A stretch of DNA of 64,000 nucleotides. It comes from Candidatus Marinacidobacterales bacterium. Its GTDB lineage: Bacteria > Acidobacteriota > Vicinamibacteria > Marinacidobacterales > SMYC01. Under the pieces are notes generated by a model, which was not told where the DNA came from, did not search any database, and was given only the letters and a program-made list of their open reading frames with translations. Position numbers and translations under genes: made by a program. Positions 23,741-35,601 of the stretch are shown here, one piece after another (position 1 is the stretch's first letter; every line of letters begins with the position of its first letter). The stretch spans positions 992,001-1,056,000 of the forward strand of contig OZ250169.1 in NCBI GenBank assembly GCA_965237955.1, written 5' to 3'.

Positions 23741-25453
23741 CCTCTGTGCCAACCTCCTTGAGACACTTTGCCCCTTGAAATTAGTGTAGAGGGCGGAGGA
23801 GGATCATGAATGACTACGTTGATTGAGAGAATGACCCCGGCGGGATCGGAAGGAGCCCGTAGGGCGACTGCAGATCGCGCCGGCCGCGATGCGGCAGGGG
23901 TCCCGGATCCCGAAGTGAGTGAGCAAGCGAAGCGTCGACGCTTTACCGCAGAGTACAAGCTGCGGATAGTGCGCGAGGCCGATGCTTGCAAGGGTGACGG
24001 GGATGTTGCGGCTCTTCTGCGTCGAGAGGGACTGTACTCGTCGCATCTTTCGAGTTGGCGTCGCCAACGTGACAAGATTGCCAAGGCGGGGTTGACATCG
24101 AGGAAGCGAGGACGGAAGGCGAAGGCAGAGGATCCACGGGTCAAGGAGCTCGAGCGCGAGAACGCGCGATTGAAGCATCGCCTGGCTCGGGTGGAGACGA
24201 TGCTAGAGATCCAAAAAAAAACCTCCGAACTTCTGGGGATCCCCCTGAATCCACCAGACAGCGACGAGAACGATTGATGGTGGCGGCCGAGGAGCTGGCG
24301 GGACGAATTGGACAGACGGCGGAAGCCTGCGAGGCCCTTGGAATAGCTCGCTCCACGTTGTATCGCAGGCGCCAGACGGTGACGTCCAATGCGAAACGCC
24401 GCCCTCGGTCGCACCGAGCCCTCGATGTGACCGAACGTGAGCTGGTTCTCGGTGCCTTGCACTCCGAGCGGTTCGTCGACAAGGCGCCCGCTCAGGTGTG
24501 GGCCACGCTCCTGGACGAGGGAATCTACTACTGCTCGATCCGCACGATGTATCGGATTCTGGCGGAGAACGGAGAGGTCCGAGAGCGCCGGAACCAGCTG
24601 CGACATCCGAATTATCAAAAGCCGGAGCTGCTGGCCGAAGCGCCGAACCAGGTTTGGTCGTGGGATATCACCAAGCTGCGTGGCCCCGTCAAGTGGACCT
24701 ACTACTACCTCTACGTGATTCTGGACATCTTCTCCCGTTACGTGACCGGGTGGATGTTGGCTCGACGAGAAAGCGCTGAGCTCGCTCGTCGTCTCATCAG
24801 CGAGAGCTGCCGCAAACAGAACATCGAACCAGACCAGCTCACCATCCACGCCGACCGTGGCAGCTCGATGCGAAGCAAGTCCGTAGCTATGCTCCTGGCT
24901 GACCTCGGCGTTACCAAGACCCACTCCAGACCTTACGTCTCGAACGATAACCCCTACTCCGAGTCCCAGTTCAAGACTCTGAAGTATTGCCCTCAGTTTC
25001 CGAGCCGTTTTGGTTCCATCGAAGACGGCCGGCTGTTCTGCGGCGGCTTCCTCGACTACTACAATCACGAACGCCGGCACTCGGGAATCGGCCTCATGAC
25101 ACCGGCCGCCGTTCACGATGGTCTCGCGGAACAGCTCACCACTGCCCGGCGCCAAATCCTCCTCGAAGCTCATCGGGCTCATCCCGAACGCTTCGTTCGC
25201 GGAATGCCACAGCCCCCCGTTTTGCCTCCTCAGGCCTGGATCAACCCGCCGCCGGAGAAAACGACGCGCCAGGAGGCCGCCGGAGCCACTTTCTCAAGGT
25301 GGTCCACACCTGGGGTACCCCCGGATTCAGGCCAACGCGACCAGATCTCGCCGCACGCAGGCGGTGACCGCCCCGGGCCCACGAGTCTTACTGCATTGAT
25401 TGAGGCTCACTAAATGCAGTCCGCGGGTGTCTCAAAGTTGTTGACACGTTCCG
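23741..25453 (+). mobile_element. IS3-family element (orfA 23810..24277, orfB 24274..25413)
   Basis: RRFTAEYK..RREGLYSS; WSWDITKL/HADRG/DNPYSE; imperfect IR GTGYCAAC..TTGAGACAC; direct repeat TGGC. Confidence 0.9.
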
Positions 25454-26007
25454 TGGCGCCATAGACGATCGTTAATCCCGGCCCGAATTCGATGGTCTGT
25501 TCCGATGCGAGAGCGTTAACACCGACGTGGTGGGTGATGGACGACAACGTAACGACATTGAGGGTCGGATCAGGAGTGGGAATATGCCTCTGCTGCAACG
25601 GATCAGAAAGGTGTTTGGCGGAGAGCCCGTAGGTTGCTTTGCAGATCTCGGTAAGCTCGACCACATCGTAATCAGAAAGTGAACCGTGCACCACCAGACG
25701 TCTTAGGGCGTCACGCTGCCAGGTCGGCAGACTCGAAGACCACCTAAGAATCTCATTGAGTACATTCATGCGTGGACACCTCGCCTGTTATTGAATGACG
25801 CCGCATACCATGGTAGAGGATGCATCCCTAGGTCCTTGGAAAAAGAACAGCACACCGCCGCTTCGTCATCAAGATATCAGAACAAGCGGCGAGCATGCCT
25901 GAGCCCGGAGGCCACCCGAAAGGCCCAAAATCGAGGCCGGGGCTAACGCGGCGTAGCTGGCCTAGCACGTTCTGGTCCAGGTGGGTCTGGGTGAACCGCC
26001 CCGGGTT

Positions 26008-27322
26008 TGAACCGCCCCGGGTTTCCCGGAGACTCCAACTCTTGAGAGGATGGAGTCATGACAAGACGAAGCAGGTATTCACCGGAGGTAAAAGAGCGCG
26101 CAGTGCGGATGGTTTTCGACCAGCAGGCTCAGCACGAATCTCAGTGGTCAGCGATCTCATCGATTGCGTCGAAGATTGACTGTACGCGGGAAACGCTACG
26201 CACGTGGGTGCGGCGAGCAGAGCGTGATGCTGGGAAACGAGCGGGACTGACGACGGACGAGCGTCAGCGGCTGAAGGAGCTTGAGCGAGAGAACCGTGAG
26301 CTAAAGCGGGCGAACGAGATCCTTCGCAAGGCGTCGGCGTTTTTCGCCCAGGCGGAGCTCGACCGCCGACCGAGGTGAATGTGTTGTTCGTGGACGCAAA
26401 CCGTGAAAATTACGGGGACGCGCCGATCTGCCGGATGCTTCCGATCGCCCCGTCGACCTATTACGAGCAGAAAGCGCGAGAGAAGGACCCAAGCCGCCTG
26501 CCAGCGAGAGCGAAGCGCGACGTCCAACTCCGCGGCGAGATTCGTCGTGTACGGCAAGAGAACTTTGACGTGTATGGCGTGCGCAAGGTCTGGCGTCAGC
26601 TGTGCCGTGAGGGCCGCGACGTGGCTCGATGCACGGTGGCCCGTCTGATGCGTGAAATGGGTCTCCAGGGCGCGGTCCGTGGACGTCGATTCAAGACGAC
26701 GAAGCCGGATTCGAGCGGCGCTCGCCCGATGGACCTCGTGGAGCGCGACTTCAACGCCACACGCCCGAACGAGCTCTGGGTTTCGGACCTGACCTACATT
26801 GCCACGTGGCGCGGCTTCGTGTATGTCGCCTTCGTCATCGACGTCTTCGCTCGACTCAGCGTCGGTTGGCGAGCGACGACATCGTTGACTGCCGGCATCG
26901 CTCTCGATGCGTTGGAGCAGGCGCTGCACGAGCGCCGACTAAACCCAGAAGATCCATTGGTGCATCACAGCGATCGCGGCGTGCAGTACGTCTCGATCCG
27001 TTACACCGAGCGGCTCGCCGAGGCGGGCATTGAGCCGTCCGTCGGCAGCCGAGGCGACTCTTACGATAACGCTTTGGCTGAATCCATCATCGGCCTCTAC
27101 AAGACCGAGGTGATCCGTCGACGTGGGCCCTGGCGTGGTCTCGAAGACGTTGAGTTCGCCACCCTCGAGTGGGTCCATTGGTACAACACGCAACGACTCT
27201 TGGAGCCGATCGGAAATGTCTCCCCCGTCGAGTACGAGATGAACTGCTATCGGTCGCAGGAAGGCTCGCTAGAGATGGCGAGACTCAACTAAAACAGTCT
27301 CCGGAAAACCCGGGGCGGTTCA
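26008..27322 (+). mobile_element. IS3-family (IS51/IS629-like) copy 1; orfA 26058..26378, orfB 26375..27292
   Basis: TGAACCGCCCCGGG...CCGGGGCGGTTCA; WVSDLTY/HHSDRG/DNALAE; left end duplicated at 25992-26007. Confidence 0.92.
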
Positions 27323-28126
27323 GTCACCCTGGGCATGGTGTTTCATCTGTCATCTAGGCAGAGCGAGGGATTGCTGCGGTCGTTGTTCGCTCTGATGAAG
27401 CTAGACAATGATGTGCCCGGTCACACCACGATTTCGAGGCGCAAGGCGAAGCTGGGTAAGGTCCCCTTCTACCAAGACAAGCAGAAGACGCCGTTGCACA
27501 TCTTGATCGACAGCAGCGGTCTCGCTGCCCACGCCGGCCAGCTGCGCAGAGCACCAAAGAGCAGGGACTATCGCAAGCTCCATCTGTGTGTCGACGAGCA
27601 GACTGGCGAAGTCGTCGCCGGCGAGCTGACGAGCAAAAGAGCCCGCGATTCATCGCGGGTTGCATCGCTTGTCGGACAGATCGACAGTCCCATCTCATCG
27701 GCCAGAGCTGACACCGCATACGACGCCGGCGGCGTCTATGAGGCAATCGAGAATCACAGCGCTCATTGCTCGCCGAGGGTGCTGATACCGCCGCGCAAGG
27801 GCGCCCAGCTCGCATCGGGGCCGGCGAGCAGCCGACAGCGCAATCGCAACATTGCAGCACAAGCTCGGCTCGGCAAACGAAAGTGGCACACAGAATCGGG
27901 CTACAGCAAACGGAGCAAAGTCGAGACAACGTTCCATCGCTACAAGGCTATCGTGGGCTCAGCGATGCGAGCGAGAGGGTTGGCGGCACAGAGAGTCGAG
28001 GCAAGGATCGGGTGCAAGATTCTCAACACGATGACGGCGCTCGGGATGCCTGATAGCGAGATGATCGGATGATGGGAGTCGGGGCCAAGCGAGCTCTCGG
28101 CCTCTATCGGAGTTGTGCACCAAGGC
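27323..28126 (+). mobile_element. IS5-family (IS903-like) element, 5'-truncated
   Basis: IDSSGL, YRKLHL, ADTAYD, GYSKRSKVET; right end GTTGTGCACCAAGGC. Confidence 0.85.
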
Positions 28127-28129
28127 AGC

Positions 28130-28369
28130 TGTGCTCCGCAAAAAGTCGATCCGGCGTTGATTGCGCGGTTTAGACCTGCCATGATCGGCTTGTGCCTTTC
28201 TATTTATTCATCCGCGCACCCCGAACTTGATCGGTCTCCGGTCTGTCGGGACCATGCCTGCATGATTTCGTCTTTTGTTCGCGCTCAGCCCTTGGCACGT
28301 CCGCAAACACAAGCACTAAGCTACTGATTTATGATCTATTTCAAAAAGGCCGAGTTTTGGCACAGGACG
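28130..28369. repeat. Fused E + C + A end mosaic
   Basis: E end at 28130, C end at 28191, reverse A end ending at 28369. Confidence 0.8.
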
Positions 28370-28759
28370 GGATCGAAGGCGTCATTTCGTTCTTGAAACG
28401 AGTCTTTGGTCTCGACCGATGCACATGGCGCTCATTGCCTTCTTTTAAATCGTACGTATGGGGTTCCATCATCACCTGCAATCTACTGGTGATGGCGAGA
28501 CATCTATTAAGATAATAACTATTACTCTTCCGCTCCCATAGCCTTGGATTCCTGACGATTCGCCTCTCGTTTCGTCCAAGATTTTCATTCGCTCTCAACC
28601 CTACGAAGTTCCCTACCGAAACCGTATAATACCCACATCTTCGGTAGGCCTGTCGCACACCACAAGTTATGGTGTTTCTGGACAGGAACTAGTTAGGACA
28701 GCCCCTTACTTTATGTTCGTCGAAAACCACCGGCACAGAATGCTCTCGAACGGCTTGTC

Positions 28760-31216
28760 ATGACCGATCAGATCGTCATCACAGAGAAATCCAGCCAGGC
28801 GAAGGATGTCCGCGCCGCCGTCGGGTCCCGCTATGGCGCCGTCCTTCCGGCCGAGGGTCACCTGCTCGACCTGTGCGAGCCGGAGGATGTGAACCCGGCC
28901 TGGAAACGCTGGTCCGCGGTACTGCTGAGGCCGGAGGAGCTCTACGGCACCAAACCGGCCTCGGGCGGCAACAAGGCGGCGAAGCTGAAGGCTATCCGCA
29001 TGGCGCTGCGCACCGCCAAACGGGTCTGGCTCGCCACCGATTGCGACCGCGAGGGGCAGCTCATCGGCCAGGAAATTCTGGAGCATTGCGGCTATCGCGG
29101 AGAGGTTCTGCGGGTACTGTTCACCGCGCAGGACGCGCAAACCATCCGCGAGGCGTTCGGCCGCGCCCGGCCCAACAGCGACCATGCTCGCCTCTACGCC
29201 GCAGCTGTCGCGCGCAGGCAAGCCGATCAGATATACAACCTATCGCTGACTCGTACTGCGACCGTCACGCTTGGCCGGGGCGCGCGTGGCGTGATCGGGG
29301 TCGGCCGGGTCAAGACGCCGACCCTGGCGATTGCGTGCAAACGCGAGCTTGAAATCCGAGACTTCGTGCCGGTTCCGTATTACGAGGTGGTGGCCAGCGC
29401 GCATGTCGCGGGCGGCGCATTCCGAATGCGGCACGCGCCGAAGGCGCGCCTTCTCAAGCGCGAGGACGCCGAAGCAGTCGTGAACGCGGCTCGGAACTTC
29501 GAGAGTCGGCTCGGCGTTCGTGTCGAGGACAAGCGGCAACGTCCGCCCAGGCTCCACGATCTGCCTTCGCTGCAGAAGCTTTGCAGTGTCCGGTTCGGCT
29601 GGTCGGCTTCCAAAACCCTGGAGGTCGCGCAAGAACTCTATGACGGCGCGGGCAAAAAGATCCTGACCTATCCACGCGCGGAGGTGCGATACGTGCCGGA
29701 GAGGGCGATCGCGGATGTACCGAAGATTATCGCCGGGCTGCAAGCGGGAAAATCCTACGGTGCCATCCCCGTGCCGTCGCCACCGGTGATCCGCAAGGGA
29801 CGGAACGGCGGCTTCCACGACAAGGGGCTTGAGGGCGCTAGCCATCACGCGGTCATTCTCAACGTCAACACGATTGAAGATCTGGGCGAGATCTGGCCCC
29901 GCCTGTCGGGTGACGAGAAGAAGCTGTTCGACGCCGTCGCGCGGTCGTACCTCGCATCGGTCATGTCCGATTACCGCTACCGGCAGACGACCGTGAGGCT
30001 GGATGTCTGCGGCTTCGAGTTTCGCGCCGTTGGTCGTCAACCCATCGAGCCCGGCTGGTGCGCCGCCTTCCCCGACTGGCGGCCCGCTGAAGAGAAGGGC
30101 GAGGCAGCGCAGGTGCTGCCCGCCCTCCACGACAAGGAGGCCGCGCGGTTGCTCGATCCGGAGATCGAGAAGAGGGAAACCCGTCCGCCGCAGCGCTACA
30201 AGGAAGGAACGCTGATCGAGGCAATGCAAAATGCCTGGCGGTTCGTCAAGGATGAGGTTTTGCGGGACCGCCTCAAGGAGGCCAAGGGGATCGGCACACC
30301 GGCGACCCGGGCAGAGATCATCGCCGGGCTCAGAAAACAGGGATTCTTAACGACACAGGGAAAGAACATCGTACCGACCGACCGGGGGCTGGCACTGTTC
30401 GGGGTTCTCGAACGCGCCGACCCGTCGCTCGTCGATCCGGGCGTGACTGCAGAGCTCGAATGCCTGCTCGACGATGTGGTGACCGGCAGGCAGGAGATGA
30501 TGGGCGCGATCGGCGCGGTGTGCGATGCCGCCCGGCGTATCATCGACAGGCTCGGTGACGACGTCATTGCCGGGAAGGCGTTTGAACTGGGGGAAGCCCT
30601 CGGTGTCGGGAACGGCGGAGAGCGGCCGCCGACGGCGGCAATGAAGCGGTTTGCTGCCTCAATCGCTCGGCGCAAGGGCATCAAGCCACCGGCGGGATAT
30701 ACGAAATCGGGGGCGATCTGCCGGGCGTTCTTGGATCTACATGCGTCAAAGCGAATGGCTCGGGATACAGGTAGGGAACCCACAGGGGCGACGGGGTCCA
30801 GACCGGCTAGTCCGGCACAGGTGTCGTTTGCCGAGGCGATCGCGCGGGAGAAGGGCATCGCTGTTTCCGACGAGACCAGGGTCTGTTCAGCTGAAATGTC
30901 AAAGTGGATTGATGCGAACCGGCAGCCGAAGCCTGCAAAAGGCCGTAAGACGCCCGTATCCAAAACGCGCGGGCCAAAAGCGAAGGGAAAGACAGCACGG
31001 GCGAGAACGCCACGGAAGGAGAAATCGGTAAACGCTGCAGACGGAACGGCGCAATCAGGCCAGTCCCAGACAGATTCGGGGATGGGCACGCCATTGCAGA
31101 TTCCTTACGGCAACAAGGAGGTTGCGCTCCAACTCGGCGCGCGCTACTCGGCGCGCGGCTGGTATGCGCCGCCCGGCGTCGATCTTGTGGCATTCCGCAA
31201 GCGCGGGTGGCTGTGA
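28760..31216 (+). CDS. topB: Type IA DNA topoisomerase III-like (MGE type) with C-terminal repeats
   Basis: ITEK, ATDCDREG Toprim, GRVKTPTL, catalytic TYPR, GIGTPATRA. Confidence 0.85.
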   Translation: MTDQIVITEKSSQAKDVRAAVGSRYGAVLPAEGHLLDLCEPEDVNPAWKRWSAVLLRPEELYGTKPASGGNKAAKLKAIRMALRTAKRVWLATDCDREGQLIGQEILEHCGYRGEVLRVLFTAQDAQTIREAFGRARPNSDHARLYAAAVARRQADQIYNLSLTRTATVTLGRGARGVIGVGRVKTPTLAIACKRELEIRDFVPVPYYEVVASAHVAGGAFRMRHAPKARLLKREDAEAVVNAARNFESRLGVRVEDKRQRPPRLHDLPSLQKLCSVRFGWSASKTLEVAQELYDGAGKKILTYPRAEVRYVPERAIADVPKIIAGLQAGKSYGAIPVPSPPVIRKGRNGGFHDKGLEGASHHAVILNVNTIEDLGEIWPRLSGDEKKLFDAVARSYLASVMSDYRYRQTTVRLDVCGFEFRAVGRQPIEPGWCAAFPDWRPAEEKGEAAQVLPALHDKEAARLLDPEIEKRETRPPQRYKEGTLIEAMQNAWRFVKDEVLRDRLKEAKGIGTPATRAEIIAGLRKQGFLTTQGKNIVPTDRGLALFGVLERADPSLVDPGVTAELECLLDDVVTGRQEMMGAIGAVCDAARRIIDRLGDDVIAGKAFELGEALGVGNGGERPPTAAMKRFAASIARRKGIKPPAGYTKSGAICRAFLDLHASKRMARDTGREPTGATGSRPASPAQVSFAEAIAREKGIAVSDETRVCSAEMSKWIDANRQPKPAKGRKTPVSKTRGPKAKGKTARARTPRKEKSVNAADGTAQSGQSQTDSGMGTPLQIPYGNKEVALQLGARYSARGWYAPPGVDLVAFRKRGWL

Positions 31217-31494
31217 CGTTGGGGGGTACTTTCGAGTGAACGAACGATTTCGGTCACTCCCCGATGACCTCCGCCCACGCGGGCGGTGCCATTGCTGTCA
31301 ACTTGAACCGAGGTGTCTGTCAGACTAGCCGAATGAAAAGCACCTGGCGCGCCATCGGCTCGGTGCCGCGACCACGATCCCGTCCCGTCCTGTGCCAAAA
31401 CTCGGCCCTTTTGAAATGGGAATTATATACTAGTTTACACTTGACCCCTGCCATAGCTTTGTGTATACTACTCCAGTAAATAGGGAGTAGATAA

Positions 31495-32349
31495 ATGGCA
31501 CATAAAGCACCCGGCAAGCACTACCGCGAAGGGCTCTCTCTCGTAGAACTAACGCGCCTCTTCCCCGATGACGCAGCTGCGGAGCGGTGGTTCGTCGCCC
31601 AGAGATGGCCGGATGGTGTTTCCTGCCCTCTTTGCGGTGGGACCGATCGCGTCAAGGAGCGCAAGAACAGGAAGCCGTCCCCCTACCACTGCGGAGACTG
31701 CCGACAGTACTTCAGCGTCAAGACGGGTTCGCTGATGCACAACTCCCCACTGGGCTGCCAGACCTGGGCCATCGCCATTTACCTTTTGACGACAAACCTC
31801 AAGGGCGTTTCGAGCATGAAGCTGCACCGAGATCTCAAAGTCACACAGAAGACCGCGTGGTTTCTGGCTCACCGGATTCGTGACAACTTCCAAGGGCAAC
31901 ACAGTTCCTTCGCTGGCCCCGTCGAGGTTGACGAGACATTCATCGGTGGCAAGGCCAAGAACATGCACGCGCACAAGCGCGAGCAAGTCATCAAGGGACG
32001 CGGGTCCGTCGGCAAGACCGCCGTCGGCGGCGCGAAGGACCGTCAGACTAATCGCGTGAGCGCCGCTGTCGTCGAGAACGTAGACCAGCCTACACTCCAG
32101 GGCTTCGTAGCCGAGAACGTCAAGCCTGGCGCAAAGGTGTACACCGATGATCACGGCGGCTACGATGGGCTGCCGAACCACGAGACGGTCAGACACTCAG
32201 TGAAGGAGTACGTCAACAGACAGGCGCATACGAATGGGATCGAGTCATTCTGGGCCATGCTCAAACGTGGCTACTACGGCACCTACCACCGGATGAGCCC
32301 GAAGCACCTTGGCCGCTACGTCAACGAGTTTGCCGGACGGCACGTTTGA
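31495..32349 (+). CDS. IS1595 transposase
   Basis: Zn ribbon CPLC..CGDC, VEVDETFIGG, YTDD, HTNGIESFW. Confidence 0.92.
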   Translation: MAHKAPGKHYREGLSLVELTRLFPDDAAAERWFVAQRWPDGVSCPLCGGTDRVKERKNRKPSPYHCGDCRQYFSVKTGSLMHNSPLGCQTWAIAIYLLTTNLKGVSSMKLHRDLKVTQKTAWFLAHRIRDNFQGQHSSFAGPVEVDETFIGGKAKNMHAHKREQVIKGRGSVGKTAVGGAKDRQTNRVSAAVVENVDQPTLQGFVAENVKPGAKVYTDDHGGYDGLPNHETVRHSVKEYVNRQAHTNGIESFWAMLKRGYYGTYHRMSPKHLGRYVNEFAGRHV

Positions 32350-32393
32350 CAGCCCATCGGCCGGGCTGTATTGCATGGTACGGAGGTGGAATC

Positions 32394-32648
32394 ATGAACA
32401 GAGCCGGTGGAGTCCTCTCGATCCTTGGTGGGGCGGCTGCAATCGTTGTGGCGGTTGCAGCAGGACCTTGTGCCCGCATAACCGATGTACGGGACGATAT
32501 GCGAGTCCTTGGTACGAAGGTGGACAGGCTGAATGAAAAGCTAGATACCAAGGCGGACAGCAAAGACATACGGGCTCTTGGTTCGCATCTGGACAGACTA
32601 TCTGGGAAGATCGACGTAGTACTGGACACGGTTAAGGAGCTACCATGA
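32394..32648 (+). CDS. Small TM/coiled-coil passenger protein
   Basis: GGAGG RBS; hydrophobic N-terminus followed by heptad repeats. Confidence 0.55.
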   Translation: MNRAGGVLSILGGAAAIVVAVAAGPCARITDVRDDMRVLGTKVDRLNEKLDTKADSKDIRALGSHLDRLSGKIDVVLDTVKELP

Positions 32649-32809
32649 AGGAGAAGGAATCGAAACCAAAGCGCGGGCGGCCGCCCAGCAGCAAGTACAA
32701 CGAGCAAATCCACATCGACGCTACGCCAGAACAAGTAGCGCGGTTGCTATTCGTAGGTAGGCCGAAGTCCTTAGCAGAGTGGAAACGAGAGAAGAAGATC
32801 GCGCCGTGA
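32645..32809 (+). CDS. 54-aa basic passenger protein (KRGRP...IDATPEQVA)
   Basis: AAGGAG RBS, ATGA overlap with upstream ORF; below the ORF-track length cutoff. Confidence 0.55.
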   Translation: MKEKESKPKRGRPPSSKYNEQIHIDATPEQVARLLFVGRPKSLAEWKREKKIAP

Positions 32810-33045
32810 GGGGGTTTGTGTAAACTAGTATATAATTCCCTTTGAAATAGGCCATAAATCAGCAACTTAGTGTCTGTGTTTGCGACCGGGCCAAGGGCCG
32901 TGGGCTTTACAATCGTCTTGGGCGGGCGGGTCGTCACCATGCAGATGACCACCTAGTCGAGAGCGAATATCGAAGCGTGTTCCTGAAGCGGTTTCCACGC
33001 TACGCCGGTCGAGCCCGCCGAGGGGCTACCGTCGCCGGCGACCAT

Positions 33046-34116
33046 CTACGCGGCACGGCAGTAGTAGTTGAGAATGCCCACAAGTCGCTCTCGCGACACG
33101 ATGGGGCCAGCGTCATTCGCGCTTGCCGGCAGAGGTGTGATGAGCTCGTTGCCGAGACCTTGGTGGTTCCGTTCTGTGTGATAGTGCACTACGTATTCGG
33201 TTACCGCTGTGCGCAGGTGTCGCTCACTGAGAGGTACGAAGCGGTCGAGACACTCTCGACGTATGGAGAGAACGAATCTTTCCGCATATGCGTTCAGATT
33301 CGGACTATTAGCGGGAAGGCGAAGGGGCTTCACGCCTGAATCTCTCAACAGCCCACGTACCGCCTCGGTGAATAGCGGGTCCCGGTCGTGGATGAGGTAT
33401 CGCTTGCCAAGGAGGAAACCATCCCACATGTCAGTGAGGTTTCTTACCACCTGCTTCATCCACTCCCCGTTGGGGTCCGACGTTATCCCACCGATGCACA
33501 CGCAGCGAGTGGCGATATCGATGACAAACAGGACATGGTAGCGGACGAGCCCGAACGGGTTCACAACCTCGACGGTGAACAGGTCTGTCGCAGCGATGGC
33601 GCCCCAATGAGCCTTGATGAAGGTGCTCCACGACATGCTCCTGCCCCGCTCCGGCGCAGGAGCGATACCGTGCTCGGCGAGGATCCTCTTGATAGTGTTG
33701 CGTCCGAGTTCATGTCCTAGGTTCTTGAGTGCGCCTCGCAGGCGCGTATATCCCCACGTCGGGTTCTCCCGCGCCACGCGCACAATGAGCTCACGGATGT
33801 CCTTCGCCGTCGGAGGTCGGCCTGGACTCCGGTTCTTGCTGCCATCGTAGTTGGCTGCAATGAGGTGGCGGTACCAGCGCAGAAGCGTAGCGGGTGTGGC
33901 AACGGACGCAATCTGGGCCAGCGCCTCGCGGCCCAAAGCCTGGGCCTTGACGGCGAGCCTGCGCCGGTCGTCGTCCGAGAGACTGAGACGCTTGCCCCGA
34001 AGCCCGGCTCGGAGCACACGGTTCTCCTCTTGCAGGTAGTCGATCACATCCTGCTGCTGGCGGTTGACCCAGCCAGCTAGAACGAGCAGTAGGAATTGCA
34101 CGTGGTACGTCATCAT
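33046..34116 (-). CDS. rve/DDE integrase-core transposase, intact
   Basis: Near-identical to 8497..9576. Confidence 0.9.
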   Translation of the reverse strand: MMTYHVQFLLLVLAGWVNRQQQDVIDYLQEENRVLRAGLRGKRLSLSDDDRRRLAVKAQALGREALAQIASVATPATLLRWYRHLIAANYDGSKNRSPGRPPTAKDIRELIVRVARENPTWGYTRLRGALKNLGHELGRNTIKRILAEHGIAPAPERGRSMSWSTFIKAHWGAIAATDLFTVEVVNPFGLVRYHVLFVIDIATRCVCIGGITSDPNGEWMKQVVRNLTDMWDGFLLGKRYLIHDRDPLFTEAVRGLLRDSGVKPLRLPANSPNLNAYAERFVLSIRRECLDRFVPLSERHLRTAVTEYVVHYHTERNHQGLGNELITPLPASANDAGPIVSRERLVGILNYYCRAA

Positions 34117-34597
34117 GGATCTGAAGATAACACCCTCGGGCCAGACGATTGTAAAGCCTACGGCCCTTGGCCCCGGCGCAAACACAGACACTAAGCTGCT
34201 GATTTATGGCCTATTTCAAAAGGGCCGAGTTTTGGCACAGGACGGGGTCCAGAATCGAGGCCAAGCTACCACAGCGTAGCGGGCTAGCACGTTCTGGCCC
34301 AGGTGGGCCTAGGCCTCCTTGATGTCCTTACTTGCCTCGGATTCGGCCTCAATCAAGGGTCCGGCAATGCTTGAGAGCATATCCCGTTCATCGTCGTTCC
34401 CCTGCCCGTTCCTGATGGCCTTGAGCCGCTCCGTCACGCTACCCCTGGTGGCCCTCCGTCGCCGTTCGGAGGTCGGCCTGGACAAGTAGTAGAAGCGACT
34501 ACTACTGTGAATAAATCAACCGGAATAAGAACCCGCAAGAAGCACGGAACCGTATCAAGCCGTGGCGGTAGCACTCAAACACGTCGGAGGTCCTCGG

Positions 34598-35488
34598 CTA
34601 CGGCTTCTTTCCGACGTTGATGATTATTGCCTTGGGGGTCTTGTCTCGTAGCTGTTCGGTCCGGCTCGATCGGCAGGGAATTCCTGCGGCGGTGAGAACC
34701 CTGCTTAGGATCAATAGGGCAGCCTCCGCCTCGCTGTTATCCGGCCCGACGAACGCGGTCACGCCGGAGTCGTGTGCCGTTCCGGCAGTGTTTCCGGCGG
34801 CGTCGACAACGATAGCGCTGATCTGGGACGGCACTCTAAGCCATCCGGCCGACTTCAGCACGGCGTCAAGAGTTCGAAGGAGTGCCAACGGCTCCGGGTC
34901 TGCAAACACAGAGAAGCCGAAATTTTGTCCCGCGAACTCCTTCAGTGCGGCGATGATCTTGTCTTGGTCCTCCGGCGCTATGGTCCTAGTCCCCTGGATC
35001 TTTGATTACTATACAAAGTTAGGCTTTTCGCCAGCCCATAAGATTCATAAGATTCATGCACTTAGAATGGTTTCGGCAAGCTCTGCTTTATCTAGTTTGT
35101 TCTGATACAGGGGACTAGGCTCCTTGAGCTTCGCAAGCTCTAGCCGTGCCTGCGAGGCAACGACATTCGCCTCCGCGGCGCGGGCCTCGGCAGCAGCGAC
35201 CTGGGACTCCAGTTCCGCTCGCGCGAGGCGCTCGGATTCTGCGATCTTCATCGCCTCGGCGGCTTCGGCCTGCGCGGCGGTTATCTTGATCGTGGACTCG
35301 GTCCGGTACTTTTCCAACTCGCGGTCTTTGGCGGCGTTGACCCGCGCGGACAAATGGTAAATCACAAACGTCATGCCGGCGACGAGCAACAGGCACACTA
35401 TGTAGGCTATGTTTGCCCACTGTAGAAGCTTATCGAGGGCCAAATGACCTCCACTTAGGCTGCTCAAAAGAGCGTTATACTTTGACAA
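34598..35488 (-). pseudogene. Membrane-anchored coiled-coil protein split by a MITE
   Basis: Removing the MITE and one CTAG restores the frame ..KLKEP-RTIAPEDQ.. Confidence 0.75.
34990..35114. mobile_element. 125-bp MITE with CTAG duplication
   Basis: CTAG|TCCCCTGGATC...GATACAGGGGA|CTAG. Confidence 0.85.
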
Positions 35489-35601
35489 TACTCGCAGATC
35501 CTACCGTACACATTGACTAGCGACCCGCAGGAGGCCTTGCGGCACCGGTTATGAGAGCTGGCGGCCGTACTGGGCTTGATCCGGTTTCGTAGACGGTTTA
35601 G

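Larger units (their letters stand above)
19717..25769 (-). pseudogene. RloC-like ABC/AAA ATPase with zinc hook and HEPN-like tail; split by IS3 and ISL3 plus a frameshift near 22315
   Basis: Rejoined Walker A YGANAAGKS, CLLC hook, SEGE signature, LFDDPVSSLDH Walker B, VFTHD, C-terminal SRWLPGHD. Confidence 0.75.
31418..32840 (+). mobile_element. IS1595-family element with passenger genes
   Basis: Perfect 23-bp IR GGGAATTATATACTAGTTTACAC; 8-bp TSD TTTGAAAT. Confidence 0.95.
31386..34244 (-). mobile_element. A-family element copy 3 with IS1595 inside its IR
   Basis: End at 31386 resumes at 32841 after the IS1595; other end at 34244. Confidence 0.9.
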
